A DNA stretch of 64,000 bases from a virus (IMGVR_UViG_2700989413_000006:1-64000), one strand, 5' to 3'. Positions 19,106-28,557 are shown, numbered from the stretch's first letter. Program-made: numbers and translations. The notes: generated by a model not told the origin, from the sequence alone.

Positions 19106-19478
19106 CCTTTATGATGACCAATCCTTTAATGGTCTGTTTGAGGGTTTGATTTTCAGCCTCAATCTCGCGAGTTTTTGCGTACTGCTTGTCAAATGCATCT
19201 TTCCAATACTGCAAGTCGTCTCTAACGTTTTTAAGCCCTTCGGCTTTTCCGCGTGCGTAACCTTTATTACGCTCACGACGAACCAATTTGTGCCAGCTGA
19301 GATCTTCATTAACCCACATGCGAAGGAAGTCAAATAAACGACCTTCTTTTGTATGAATGACCTCTACAAAAGGAATGCGTATTAAAAGAAGGTCTTGCGG
19401 CTTTTTTCTATCACCCAAAGTCCAGCCTTTCTTTATCCCCAAAGGCGATTGGTGATTTGTAAATCTAATAACGATCAT
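19083..19478 (-). CDS. Hypothetical protein
   Basis: 131 aa. Confidence 0.35.
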   Translation of the reverse strand: MIVIRFTNHQSPLGIKKGWTLGDRKKPQDLLLIRIPFVEVIHTKEGRLFDFLRMWVNEDLSWHKLVRRERNKGYARGKAEGLKNVRDDLQYWKDAFDKQYAKTREIEAENQTLKQTIKGLVIIKGDENGKA

Positions 19479-19714
19479 TTCTTTTCCTCTTCAAGTTTCT
19501 CGACCGCGATGCACTTAAACACCTTCTTACCTACAAAGAACCCGCCTAGACGTTCACATTCAGAGGCGATCATTGAGTGTGTGTAGTTGTGACACATGAA
19601 CCACGCAACAATGAATCCCAATAAAAACCAAGCCATCTTGCTCATCCAAAAACTCGAATCAAAATTGCGATGCACATAATCACCGCGCCAATAACAGCTA
19701 AACCGACCAACCAC
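19475..19714 (-). CDS. Small membrane protein
   Basis: 79 aa, one hydrophobic helix. Confidence 0.3.
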   Translation of the reverse strand: MVGRFSCYWRGDYVHRNFDSSFWMSKMAWFLLGFIVAWFMCHNYTHSMIASECERLGGFFVGKKVFKCIAVEKLEEEKK

Positions 19715-19761
19715 AAAGAGGGGAGGGTATTGATATTCATAGAAACCCCGTTATATAAATT

Positions 19762-19790
19762 GATAAAAATGGCAGCTTACGCTGCCACTT
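19762..19790 (-). terminator. Rho-independent terminator (minus strand)
   Basis: GGCAGC-TTAC-GCTGCC hairpin at 19771-19786, followed on the minus strand by a U-rich run (complement of the A-run at 19762-19770). Confidence 0.5.
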
Positions 19791-19812
19791 CCTTGTTAAT
19801 TACTTACGCTTG

Positions 19813-20019
19813 TTAGCCACCAAGACGCGTTACACGATTCGATAAGCTATAAACCGAGGTGCTTAAAGAACTAATAGCGGACGCATTCGCGTCAGCACTT
19901 TGTTTAAGCTGCTTGATTTCTTCACCCTGCGCCGTAACAGTGTTTGTGAGCGCTGTCACTTTTGCAGTAAGGTCGGTTACTTGCGCTTGTAATTGTTGGA
20001 CCGCTGCGTCACTCATCAT
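19813..20019 (-). CDS. Small coiled-coil protein
   Basis: 68 aa, heptad-like Ala/Thr/Gln-rich sequence. GGAG lies 7 nt upstream of the ATG. Confidence 0.4.
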   Translation of the reverse strand: MMSDAAVQQLQAQVTDLTAKVTALTNTVTAQGEEIKQLKQSADANASAISSLSTSVYSLSNRVTRLGG

Positions 20020-20108
20020 TAACTCCTTTTGATTCTGAGTGTTTGCGCTTCAACTTCTTTATTGAAGCTCTGTTAAATTGGGGTCTCAATGACCTCAGAT
20101 TGATTCGC

Positions 20109-20792
20109 CTACTGGCGTGTTTCAGTGGCAAACTCAATCCCATTCATGGAATCAGGCTTGCTTGAAACTGTTTCCTTTGCATCCAATTTGGCAATTAGCG
20201 AAATCCGTGCTTTGTGCCAGCATGAATGACAAAGAGAAATACGTTTATTAAGATCAAGGACGTCGCGTTTGAGATACCAATGCGGCACTCGTAAACGACC
20301 ATCCATAAACAGGCCCAAAACAATCGTGTTTAGCTTTTCAATGAAAGCTTTACAGCACTTGGCTGAGCCTTCTTTTTTGACCAAAGGAATACCCGGCTGA
20401 ACAAGCATTACCCCCGTGAAATATTTGTTTTGGACTTCAAAGCATTTGTTCAAATACGCTTCCAAGCGCTGAGACTGTTCATCGCTTAAACCGTCTGTCA
20501 CGGCAGCGAGGGTGTACATCATCAGGTCAATAGGCGTGCGATCTGTAATGACTGGTTCGAGTTTGCTCTCGCCCATGAAGTGTTCAACGTATAAATCCTC
20601 AAGGCGGGCAATCATATGCTCTTGGATCTTCATTCGATCATCGAATGAGTAGGTCTGATTCGATGAATCAAACCCAATCTCACGTTGCCATCCTGTGATG
20701 TCACTTTTCAGAAAAATAGCACCGTGCTTTTCCGCGTATGCTTGAGCAAGCGCTGTCTTACCAGTACGGTGACTTCCACAAAGACCAAACAT
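20109..20792 (-). CDS. P-loop (deoxy)nucleoside/nucleotide kinase-like protein
   Basis: Walker A GSHRTGKT and a dNK-like DRTPIDLMMY segment. Sits in the dut/thyX nucleotide-metabolism cluster. Confidence 0.4.
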   Translation of the reverse strand: MFGLCGSHRTGKTALAQAYAEKHGAIFLKSDITGWQREIGFDSSNQTYSFDDRMKIQEHMIARLEDLYVEHFMGESKLEPVITDRTPIDLMMYTLAAVTDGLSDEQSQRLEAYLNKCFEVQNKYFTGVMLVQPGIPLVKKEGSAKCCKAFIEKLNTIVLGLFMDGRLRVPHWYLKRDVLDLNKRISLCHSCWHKARISLIAKLDAKETVSSKPDSMNGIEFATETRQ

Positions 20793-21250
20793 TATTCTGT
20801 ACCTGTGCTTCCGAAGCCGCCTTCACCGCGTTCAGTTGATGAATCAAATTCATCTACAACAGTCATCGCTAGTTGGAATGTTGGCAAAACAACATATTGA
20901 GCAATGCGTTCACCCGGCTTTAATACAAATGGCTTGTCGCCGTTGTTGCGGAGACACGCTTTAATTTCACCTTGATAGTCGCTATCAATAACGCCAGTGC
21001 CATTCGCTAAAACAATTCCATGTTTAACGCCTAGCCCTGAACGTGGGTACAGCATGCCCACCAAGTTTTTGTTTTTTAGGTGAATGGCGATGCCAGTTGA
21101 TACGAGTAATTGTTCTCCCGGATTCAACGTTACTTCAGCGTCAAGGCATGCACGTAGATCCAAACCCGCAGAGCCTTGAGTGGCATATACAGGCGCACCA
21201 AACTCACTTAATAAGCGGTCATCTAAAATTTTTACTTCCACTGGAACCAT
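20792..21250 (-). CDS. dut: dUTPase
   Basis: Dut motifs (GSAGLDLRA, PRSGLG, the VIDSDYQGE family). 152 aa. Confidence 0.85.
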   Translation of the reverse strand: MVPVEVKILDDRLLSEFGAPVYATQGSAGLDLRACLDAEVTLNPGEQLLVSTGIAIHLKNKNLVGMLYPRSGLGVKHGIVLANGTGVIDSDYQGEIKACLRNNGDKPFVLKPGERIAQYVVLPTFQLAMTVVDEFDSSTERGEGGFGSTGTE

Positions 21251-21543
21251 CAGTTAATTTCCTTCTTTACATCTTCAATGGTTAAATTTTGAGGCGCTGT
21301 GATTAGCTTGCTTAAAGCTGCGCCAACAGTACGAGCGCGAGCAGCTTCGGCATTTGCTTCATCTTGTTTGAATAAGATTTTTGCTGCTTCTTCGCCGTGA
21401 TTGTTTGCTTCGCGAAGTTTTTGTTCTTCCAAAGCGCTTAGTTCTTCAACTTGCTTGGTGATATTTCCAATAATCAAGTCGACCGATTTCTGTGGCTGTG
21501 GGCTTGACTCATTTGAGCCGAATAACCATTTCCAAAAGCTCAT
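21250..21543 (-). CDS. Hypothetical protein
   Basis: 97 aa. Confidence 0.35.
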   Translation of the reverse strand: MSFWKWLFGSNESSPQPQKSVDLIIGNITKQVEELSALEEQKLREANNHGEEAAKILFKQDEANAEAARARTVGAALSKLITAPQNLTIEDVKKEIN

Positions 21544-22400
21544 GCTGCTTCCTTAAATTGAAGTTCGATTAATTTTCGATGCTGTACAAAGCCATCGAAA
21601 TTCCCATGTAGATGTTTGTTTTGCCATTCGCCTTTGAACAACTTCACTAACCACGGATTGCGAATATCTGGTGTGGCTTGGTGTTCAAATGGAGAGGCAT
21701 GTAGCGGCTCAGAACCCACTAGCTTTTCGCAAAGGCGAATATCCTTTTGGATGTCTGGCGCTTTACCGTCATGCCGCAAGTAGGACACACGACAACAACG
21801 AGCCGCCGACACTTGCAACAAAATGTCGGTTGGATACTTTTCGCGTTCTTCATCCAGAATGTACGGAAGGTGCCACTCATTAGGGGCCAATAAGACAGGT
21901 ATTGATTTTTCTAGCGCAGCCTTCATTAATGCAGTTAAGGCAAAAATGGTTGGGTCCGCATCTTCGTGATGGCGTAGCTCAAAAAAGTTATCGAAGCTTG
22001 TCGCTGTTAAAACCACTTCAATAAATTGGAAAGGTTCTAAAATGCGATTAACAACTTGTTTGTGCAGACCAAGATCGTCAGCCATGAAACGTGCGGTATT
22101 TACTGCATTTTTAGCAGCTTCCAACCATGCTTCACGCGCAAGCTCCTTTTTGTACTCATTCACCTCTTCCCAAGCTTGCATACCAGCTTGGTTTTTACCC
22201 CAATGAACAGGCATTGCCGGATTTGCTTCAACTTGGTTAATCAACTTGATAACAGGGATGGCACGCGAGCTTGAAGCATTGCGACTAAATACGCGGTGGG
22301 TCATCACTTCACTGTGAATAAAGCGCGGATAACGCAGCTGAAAGGTAGTAATTCGCTTACCTTCATGGCTGCAAGAATCCGCAATAATTTTGACTTGCAT
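21540..22400 (-). CDS. thyX: FAD-dependent thymidylate synthase ThyX
   Basis: ThyX signature RHRxxxxxS (THRVFSRNASSSR). 286 aa. Confidence 0.85.
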   Translation of the reverse strand: MQVKIIADSCSHEGKRITTFQLRYPRFIHSEVMTHRVFSRNASSSRAIPVIKLINQVEANPAMPVHWGKNQAGMQAWEEVNEYKKELAREAWLEAAKNAVNTARFMADDLGLHKQVVNRILEPFQFIEVVLTATSFDNFFELRHHEDADPTIFALTALMKAALEKSIPVLLAPNEWHLPYILDEEREKYPTDILLQVSAARCCRVSYLRHDGKAPDIQKDIRLCEKLVGSEPLHASPFEHQATPDIRNPWLVKLFKGEWQNKHLHGNFDGFVQHRKLIELQFKEAA

Positions 22401-22467
22401 TGTTGGGTAACACTCACTTTTTAAAAAGAGGTGACTAATGCCACCCCTCGTTCTCTGAGCGTTAAAG

Positions 22468-22488
22468 TATAGTCAGTACTGACTGATC
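22468..22488. promoter_or_regulatory. Dyad motif TATAGTCAGTACTGACTGATC (perfect)
   Basis: In the divergent gap between thyX and the toxin-antitoxin operon. Confidence 0.6.
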
Positions 22489-22570
22489 TTTTGGAGTTTA
22501 TTTTCAGCAAAATAGGCTTATTTTTAGCCAGTTGTTTTATGTTTACGAATAAACAGTTAAAATGAACCAT

Positions 22571-22614
22571 GACATTCGATCGACGCAATGAATTGACATT
22601 GGATCGACGTTTGT
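22571..22614 (+). promoter_or_regulatory. Two 16-bp direct repeats, (A/T)TGACATT(C/G)GATCGACG; candidate operator/promoter of the toxin-antitoxin operon
   Basis: Repeats at 22571-22586 and 22599-22614, immediately upstream of the antitoxin ATG. The second contains TTGACA. Confidence 0.4.
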
Positions 22615-22630
22615 TAAAGAGGTTAATTAC

Positions 22631-22993
22631 ATGAAAAGATTTAGCGAGTTTTTAGCTGAGCGTAAAAACAAATCTAAAAGCGAAAGAATTTTAGAGCTTC
22701 AAAGAGTTTTTAAATCAACTCCTGAAGTTAGCGAAGAAGAGAAGGAACGCTTAGTTAAAAGATATTTGTCACAACACGCCAGCATTAAAGAGGCGGTTGA
22801 AGTTATGACGTCTTTAAAGCTTTCTCAGGAGTATGCGAAGGTTATGGATGAAATTCATAACGATGTGTTGGCTCGCGCGGCTGTAGCAATGGAGTTAAAT
22901 GCATCTCCTGCTTCTGAGCGTTTGGTGCGCGGAGTTGCTCGCAGTGTTATTCGTGATCATCACGAGGAACTCGAACGTCTGGCTTATAAGTAA
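22631..22993 (+). CDS. Antitoxin partner of the Doc toxin (all-helical, not obviously Phd-like)
   Basis: 120 aa. AAGAGG SD. Its stop overlaps the doc start (TAATG). Confidence 0.55.
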   Translation: MKRFSEFLAERKNKSKSERILELQRVFKSTPEVSEEEKERLVKRYLSQHASIKEAVEVMTSLKLSQEYAKVMDEIHNDVLARAAVAMELNASPASERLVRGVARSVIRDHHEELERLAYK

Positions 22994-23412
22994 TGTATGA
23001 TCCAGCGCCATTAATTAACGCAACGCTTGTTGAAGCGATTCATAGCGAGATTTTAGACAGCGTAGAAGGAGGCATGAGAGGTCCAACTAATTATGGTCTT
23101 CTCGAAAGTGCTTTAAATAGAGTTCAGCAGTATGTTTATTATGACGGTTTGAATGACATTTATGAGATTGCGGCATGGTATGGGATTTCTATTTCCACTC
23201 AACATGCATTCTCAGACGGCAATAAGCGAACTGGATTAACCGTAATGTTGACTTACCTTCGTATGCAAGGCGTCTATATCGAGCCTAATCAAGATCTTGA
23301 TGACATGATGGTTGATATTGTGCAAAGCGCACAATCAACAGAAGATGGAAATCATAAAGAGATTGCTGAGGCTTTAGCTGAGTATCTCTATCAGTATGTT
23401 CATCAGTTATAG
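22993..23412 (+). CDS. doc: Doc/Fic-family toxin (death-on-curing)
   Basis: Fic/Doc motif HAFSDGNKRTGL (HxFx(D/N)GNKR). The N-terminal region matches the P1 Doc pattern. Confidence 0.8.
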   Translation: MYDPAPLINATLVEAIHSEILDSVEGGMRGPTNYGLLESALNRVQQYVYYDGLNDIYEIAAWYGISISTQHAFSDGNKRTGLTVMLTYLRMQGVYIEPNQDLDDMMVDIVQSAQSTEDGNHKEIAEALAEYLYQYVHQL

Positions 23413-23413
23413 A

Positions 23414-23438
23414 AAAGGCGCATTAAGCGCCTTTTCTT
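23414..23438. terminator. Bidirectional terminator between the convergent doc and nrdB genes
   Basis: AAAAGGCGC-ATTAA-GCGCCTTTTCTTTT. Confidence 0.6.
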
Positions 23439-24431
23439 TTACCATGCTAACGCACCGCCAGTTTTGTAGTCTGTTACGCGTGTTTCAAAGAAATTCTTTT
23501 CGGCTGTATTAGGCTTAGAGAACTCTTCTACCCACGGAAACGGATTTACCACACCAGGATAAGGCACAAATGGCGCTCGAATTTGAGCGGCGCGTTTATT
23601 AGCTAAATATTTAATATACAGTTCAATCGCTTCTGGATTGGTAACGCCTTGATGAATATATTGACCCCAACTAATTTCCATTTTGGTAGATTCATCAATG
23701 ATTTTAGCCGCATCTTCCCAAAATGAAGAAGTAAACACTTCAGGATTTTCAATACGCAATGTTTCAATCATGTTCAAGAACAGATCAAGATGCGTTCCTT
23801 CTTCATCACGTTGAATATAGCGAATCATATCCGCAGAACCCAACATCTTACCTTTGAAAGCAAGTAGATAAAATCCTAAGAATCCTGAGAAGAAATACTC
23901 GCCCTCAAGCATGACGTTAGAAATGCAAGCAAGGGCAAAACCACGCGCTGAGAACTGATCTCCCAAGATGCGTGATTGACGCAAAATAAACTCGTTTTTC
24001 TTCGCCAAAATACCATCGCGTTCAAATGTCATATAGACACTCATTGGGTCCGCTGAGACCGTTTCGATGAGTTTGGCATAAGACTCTACATGGTTGGCTT
24101 CCTCCCAAGCTTGACGGGACAAACATATGGCAACTTCCGGTGAGGTCACATGTTTTGCAATATTTTGGTTGATATTGTGAAATTGAATGCCGTCAAGGTT
24201 CGATAAAAACGCAAGGCTCTTGTCATACAATCGACGTTCCGCTTCGGTAAGCTTGTCTCGATAGCAAATGCCTTCATTACTCAAGTCGACCACTTCGGGG
24301 AACCAATTGTTATCCTTCATGCGTTGATGAATGTCTCTGGCCCATGTGTGTTTCATCGGGCTGATCGCCATAAGGTCATCCTTTGGCCCTAAAATTAAGC
24401 GTCGATCATTAATTCGGTTTGCGTATGTCAT
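23439..24431 (-). CDS. nrdB: Ribonucleotide reductase class Ia beta subunit
   Basis: Di-iron ligand pattern (E..H) and FFSGFL/EG segments. 330 aa. Confidence 0.8.
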   Translation of the reverse strand: MTYANRINDRRLILGPKDDLMAISPMKHTWARDIHQRMKDNNWFPEVVDLSNEGICYRDKLTEAERRLYDKSLAFLSNLDGIQFHNINQNIAKHVTSPEVAICLSRQAWEEANHVESYAKLIETVSADPMSVYMTFERDGILAKKNEFILRQSRILGDQFSARGFALACISNVMLEGEYFFSGFLGFYLLAFKGKMLGSADMIRYIQRDEEGTHLDLFLNMIETLRIENPEVFTSSFWEDAAKIIDESTKMEISWGQYIHQGVTNPEAIELYIKYLANKRAAQIRAPFVPYPGVVNPFPWVEEFSKPNTAEKNFFETRVTDYKTGGALAW

Positions 24432-24476
24432 TTCTTTATTCCATGAAAGAGGGGCGTTAAAAACACCCCTGCATAA

Positions 24477-24496
24477 TAAGTCAGTAGTGACTGACT
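24477..24496. promoter_or_regulatory. Dyad motif variant TAAGTCAGTAGTGACTGACT
   Basis: Between nrdA and nrdB. Confidence 0.5.
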
Positions 24497-24510
24497 ATAT
24501 TAACCTAAAA

Positions 24511-26901
24511 TTATTGGCAACTTTCGCAATCAGGCTCGAAAATCGAACACAATTTGGCTTGTTGGTGAGCTTCTGCATCACTCAATGTCGCCCCTTGAGC
24601 CACTGCTGATTTCAATGCTTCAATGACGTCATCTTTTGCCGATGCTGAATCTTTGGTAGCTGATTGGCCACGTAGGTAGTAAGTGGTCTTCAAACCCTTG
24701 CGGTGAGCTTCGGTGTAAATGAGGTCTAAGTCTCTACCAGTTGTTCCTTGCTTAGCGAACAAGTTAGTTGATTGAGACTGACAGATCCATTTTTGTCGAA
24801 CAGCTGCGGCTTTAATAATCCATAGCTGATCAACATAGAACGCCTCTTTAAGTAAGTGATAGTTTGTTCCAACATGACGCACCGATGGGTCAATCACTTT
24901 GTACACGCCACCTAAGTTCGTTTTATAGAACTGAAGCAGGAATGGCACTTCTGTGCATTGGGTTGTACCGGCAATGTTTGAGATCGTTGCCGTTGGTGCA
25001 ATTGCCATGATGTTTGAGTTGCGCATGCCTTTCTTGACTTTCTCGCGCAAGGCTTCCCAATCGAAACGACGTGGGCGATCAAAGAAAGGCTTGCCATCTT
25101 CCATCTTCTTAGCAGTGTCAATTGGCAAGATGCCTTGTGACCACTTAGAACCTTCAAATGAAGGATATGACCCAAGCTCTTGCGCTAGATCTGCTGAGGC
25201 TTCAATTGCAAAGTAAGAAATTGCCTCAAACAATGCGTCTGCTTGTTCAAGATGTTGATCACTTTCAAAATCTACACCTTGTTTTACTAGCCACTCGTAA
25301 TAACCCATTACACCTAAACCAATTGGGCGGTGACGAAGGTTAGAGAGTTTGGCGCGTTCTGATGGGTAGTAGTTTACGTCAATCACCGAGTCGAGATTTC
25401 GGATGGCCAAACGAACTGCTGTACGCAATTTTTCTAATGGATTATCGCCCGACATTACAACGGCTAGGTTGATTGAGCCAAGATTACAAACAGCTGTTTC
25501 TTCTTTAGATGTATTTAGCGTGATTTCGGTACACAAGTTACTGTGGTGAATTACCCCCACATGCGACTGAGGGTTACGGCGGTTACTCTCGTCTTTGAAT
25601 GTAATCCACGGGTGGCCCGTTTCAAACAAGTTAGAAAGAATATGACGCCACACTTTAATTGCAGGCAATTGGAACTCAAATTCACCAAGCGCTTCAAGCT
25701 CTTCATAACGGGCTTCAAATTCTTCGCCATACAACTCATGAAGCTCAGGGAATTTATGCGGAGAGAAGAACGACCACATTGCTTCCGGGTCTTCTTTGCG
25801 TTTCATTAACAAATCAGGAACCCAAGCGGCAGGGAATACATCATGCGCACGAAGTCGGTCATCACCAGCTTCCTTCTTGAGTTCACAGAAGGACATGAAA
25901 TCAGGATGCCAAGATTCAAGATAAGGCGCCACAGAACCTTTACGTTTACCGCCTTGATTTACCGCGACAGCTGTATTGTTTTGAACTTTGATGTAAGGCA
26001 CAACACCGCTAGAGATACCATTTGTACCAATGATGATTTCATTTTCACCACGCACAGGTGTCCAATCTGTGCCGATACCACCAGCAAACTTAGACAATAA
26101 AGCTGTTTCTTCAATGGCTCCAAAGATTGAAGCATAACGACTGTCACCAAGTTCGGCTGTGATCGTGTCTGATACTTGGTTTAAGTAACAGCTAGACAAC
26201 TGAGGGCGTAATGTACCGGCATTGAAAAGCGTTGGTGTTGAAGAGATATAGTTCAAAGTTGAATACATTTCATAGTATTCAAGAGCGCGCGCCGTGCGGT
26301 TTTCAGGCTTTTCTTTAATTGCGACACCCATTGCTACACGCATCCAGAAATGTTGCGGCAATTCGATAATTTCACCTGAAGTTTTACCAGTCGCTTTTTC
26401 GTACTTAACATCGCGATTTTTGCGAATAAAGTAACGGTCTTTTAGAGTATCTAGTCCTAAATAACCAAACAGCAAATCACGCTCTGGCTTGATTGCGGCA
26501 TTAATTCTATCTAGGTCGTAGCTTTGCAATAAAGCAGGGTCGAGAAGGTTGCAAGAAACACCCCCCTGAATGTAATCCTTAATGTGAGGATATTTAAAAC
26601 CACCACCATCGACCTTTCCTTGCTCGCCGCATACAAGTTTGTATAAATCTAAGAGCAATAAGCGAGCCGCTACAAATGAAGCATCTGTCATGGTTGCAGA
26701 AGTTAGTTTAGATGCTGCGCTAATTAAAGCTTCTTGAATGTCGCTTGTTTTAATACCGTCATAGATAAGCATAATTGCATTATCAATAACTAATTGAGGT
26801 GGCACGTTTGTGTTTTTTGTGGCCCAAATTACCGCTTTCTCAATTTTTTCTTGAGAAAAAGGCTCCGTAGAGCCGTTGCGTTTGGTTACACGGTTGGTCA
26901 T
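24511..26901 (-). CDS. nrdA: Ribonucleotide reductase class Ia alpha subunit with an N-terminal ATP cone
   Basis: 796 aa. N-terminal ATP-cone-like VTKRNGS..EPF..EKI, catalytic Cys/Asn/Glu region, C-terminal CxxC tail (CESCQ). Confidence 0.85.
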   Translation of the reverse strand: MTNRVTKRNGSTEPFSQEKIEKAVIWATKNTNVPPQLVIDNAIMLIYDGIKTSDIQEALISAASKLTSATMTDASFVAARLLLLDLYKLVCGEQGKVDGGGFKYPHIKDYIQGGVSCNLLDPALLQSYDLDRINAAIKPERDLLFGYLGLDTLKDRYFIRKNRDVKYEKATGKTSGEIIELPQHFWMRVAMGVAIKEKPENRTARALEYYEMYSTLNYISSTPTLFNAGTLRPQLSSCYLNQVSDTITAELGDSRYASIFGAIEETALLSKFAGGIGTDWTPVRGENEIIIGTNGISSGVVPYIKVQNNTAVAVNQGGKRKGSVAPYLESWHPDFMSFCELKKEAGDDRLRAHDVFPAAWVPDLLMKRKEDPEAMWSFFSPHKFPELHELYGEEFEARYEELEALGEFEFQLPAIKVWRHILSNLFETGHPWITFKDESNRRNPQSHVGVIHHSNLCTEITLNTSKEETAVCNLGSINLAVVMSGDNPLEKLRTAVRLAIRNLDSVIDVNYYPSERAKLSNLRHRPIGLGVMGYYEWLVKQGVDFESDQHLEQADALFEAISYFAIEASADLAQELGSYPSFEGSKWSQGILPIDTAKKMEDGKPFFDRPRRFDWEALREKVKKGMRNSNIMAIAPTATISNIAGTTQCTEVPFLLQFYKTNLGGVYKVIDPSVRHVGTNYHLLKEAFYVDQLWIIKAAAVRQKWICQSQSTNLFAKQGTTGRDLDLIYTEAHRKGLKTTYYLRGQSATKDSASAKDDVIEALKSAVAQGATLSDAEAHQQAKLCSIFEPDCESCQ

Positions 26902-26946
26902 TTTGTTTCCTTGTTGCGTTACGTTGTGTGGCTTTCGCCACGAGAA

Positions 26947-27267
26947 TTACCAAACAAATGCTTTTGTTCGGGGTTTATCTGAAGCAAGCGGAGCAGCCTT
27001 TTCAGGTTCGATTTCGTCGACGCCGATCACCACTGCTGCTTTTCCGTCTTTGACAATGTTTGAGAACAGTGATTTCGCCCAAGCATTCGCCATAGGGTCT
27101 ATAGAGTCCCATTCATCCATGTAAATCGCCTTTGATGACGGCTTGGCGGGTGTAGAGGTCACCCATACGTCTTTACCTTGTCTTGCTAAGTCCTTTGTGA
27201 GCTGATCTATAAGCTTTTGATTGAAGGCAAACCTTCCCATGCTGCGAGGTCTGTGAAGAATCACCAT
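26947..27267 (-). CDS. Hypothetical protein
   Basis: 106 aa, start overlaps the upstream stop (ATGGTGA). Confidence 0.35.
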   Translation of the reverse strand: MVILHRPRSMGRFAFNQKLIDQLTKDLARQGKDVWVTSTPAKPSSKAIYMDEWDSIDPMANAWAKSLFSNIVKDGKAAVVIGVDEIEPEKAAPLASDKPRTKAFVW

Positions 27268-27863
27268 GCCACCCCACCAGTTCGAGGGGTATCTTTTGTG
27301 ATGCCCACTGATTCATCTGAGGCTTCTTCAAGCTCTTTTTCTAGCTCTTCAGGTGTTTTCTTTGGCGTTATGGGTGGAACGATAATTGAGTCACGTTCAA
27401 AATAGCCATCCCATGATTCAGCTTTTTTATTCCGCAACGAGTCATAATCAACTCGACTTACCAACGAAGAAATTGCACTTGCGCTTGCTTTGACTGAAAG
27501 GTCTGCCGCACTTACTCTCGATGTGAGATTTGATAAGCTGTTTGTTAGCTCGTTTGCGCCTAATGGAGCAGGGCAGATAACTGGTCGAAAAATCGTTTGC
27601 GAATCACATCTTATCGTTACTCTTAGCTCATCCTCCCAGCTCTTGCGAGTGCGAACAACTTCGCTTTGAACCTTAAAGCAATGACAATTCAGGCATTGAG
27701 AGGAAATGAAGCCTTCGTTTACCGCTATTTTCATAGCCTTACTTTTGGAGTAACTAAGTGCGGCTTCAATATCTCTTTCGAGGGGGTCTAACCGAACGGT
27801 AACACGAGCGGTAACACGAGCGGGATTTCCTTCTGCAAAGAGTTTTAGTTTGTCATTGCTCAT
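27261..27863 (-). CDS. Hypothetical protein
   Basis: The ORF track starts at a TTG (27878); an in-frame ATG lies at 27861-27863. Confidence 0.35.
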   Translation of the reverse strand: MSNDKLKLFAEGNPARVTARVTVRLDPLERDIEAALSYSKSKAMKIAVNEGFISSQCLNCHCFKVQSEVVRTRKSWEDELRVTIRCDSQTIFRPVICPAPLGANELTNSLSNLTSRVSAADLSVKASASAISSLVSRVDYDSLRNKKAESWDGYFERDSIIVPPITPKKTPEELEKELEEASDESVGITKDTPRTGGVAW

Positions 27864-27924
27864 CTGTTGGTGATCCAAAAACCTAATAAATAAAATATTA
27901 AGGCGACAAATCGCCGCCTTAATA

Positions 27925-27945
27925 GTATAGTCAGTACTGACTGAT
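27925..27945. promoter_or_regulatory. Dyad motif TATAGTCAGTACTGACTGATC (perfect)
   Basis: Intergenic; adjacent to a GGCGACAAATCGCC hairpin. Confidence 0.6.
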
Positions 27946-27960
27946 CTAGTGCCTAATTTT

Positions 27961-28554
27961 TTAATTTAGTTGGGCATTTTTTAACTGCTTGAGCATCTGA
28001 ATTGCAGATTTAAACTCGTCGGTGTCCAAACCTGCCTTAATCGCGAAAGTAGCATCTGCCAAATGTTCGTTACTACTTAATGGCTCTAGTACGCCTTTGA
28101 TTTTTCGCATTGGCCATTTAGCTTCAGGATGAGCATTCATTGCAGCTTCGATCATTTCGCCCTTTGTTGCGGTTTTAATGCCGGTTCCAGCTAATTTTAC
28201 TTCGGTCGGTGTGACTTGAATTAAAGGAAGCGGACAACTAGACAAAACCCCAATGCAAATACCGTAAGAAACCATTGCTCGCGCTGACTGAGAGCCAACA
28301 GGAACTTCGCAAATAGCAAATGAAGCACCCTTACAAGCTTCTTTTAAACCATCATGAAGCGATTTTGCCCGGCGTAAGTCATCACTGTTTTTGCGAACAA
28401 CTTTTTTAGTTGCCTTGTTCTCTTCAGATTTAATTAAGTTCATGCTCACAACAGAGAATGAAAGATCTGGATCATCCAAATTCACATCGGCAACTACGAT
28501 TCCGAAATTCTTTAATGATGGGTCAATCCCGATTACGCGTACTGTATTACTCAT
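27961..28554 (-). CDS. RuvC-like Holliday-junction resolvase (putative)
   Basis: N-terminal VIGIDPS..FGIVVAD and C-terminal NEHLADA(T)FAI pattern, as in RuvC. Confidence 0.5.
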   Translation of the reverse strand: MSNTVRVIGIDPSLKNFGIVVADVNLDDPDLSFSVVSMNLIKSEENKATKKVVRKNSDDLRRAKSLHDGLKEACKGASFAICEVPVGSQSARAMVSYGICIGVLSSCPLPLIQVTPTEVKLAGTGIKTATKGEMIEAAMNAHPEAKWPMRKIKGVLEPLSSNEHLADATFAIKAGLDTDEFKSAIQMLKQLKNAQLN

Positions 28555-28557
28555 TTT

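Noticed and set aside
24443-24466. AGGGG...CCCCT hairpin between the nrdA-side palindrome and the nrdB start, as a terminator
   Set aside because: There is no U-run on either strand and it sits right at the nrdB RBS. More likely it is a translational-control or transcript-stability hairpin; not called.
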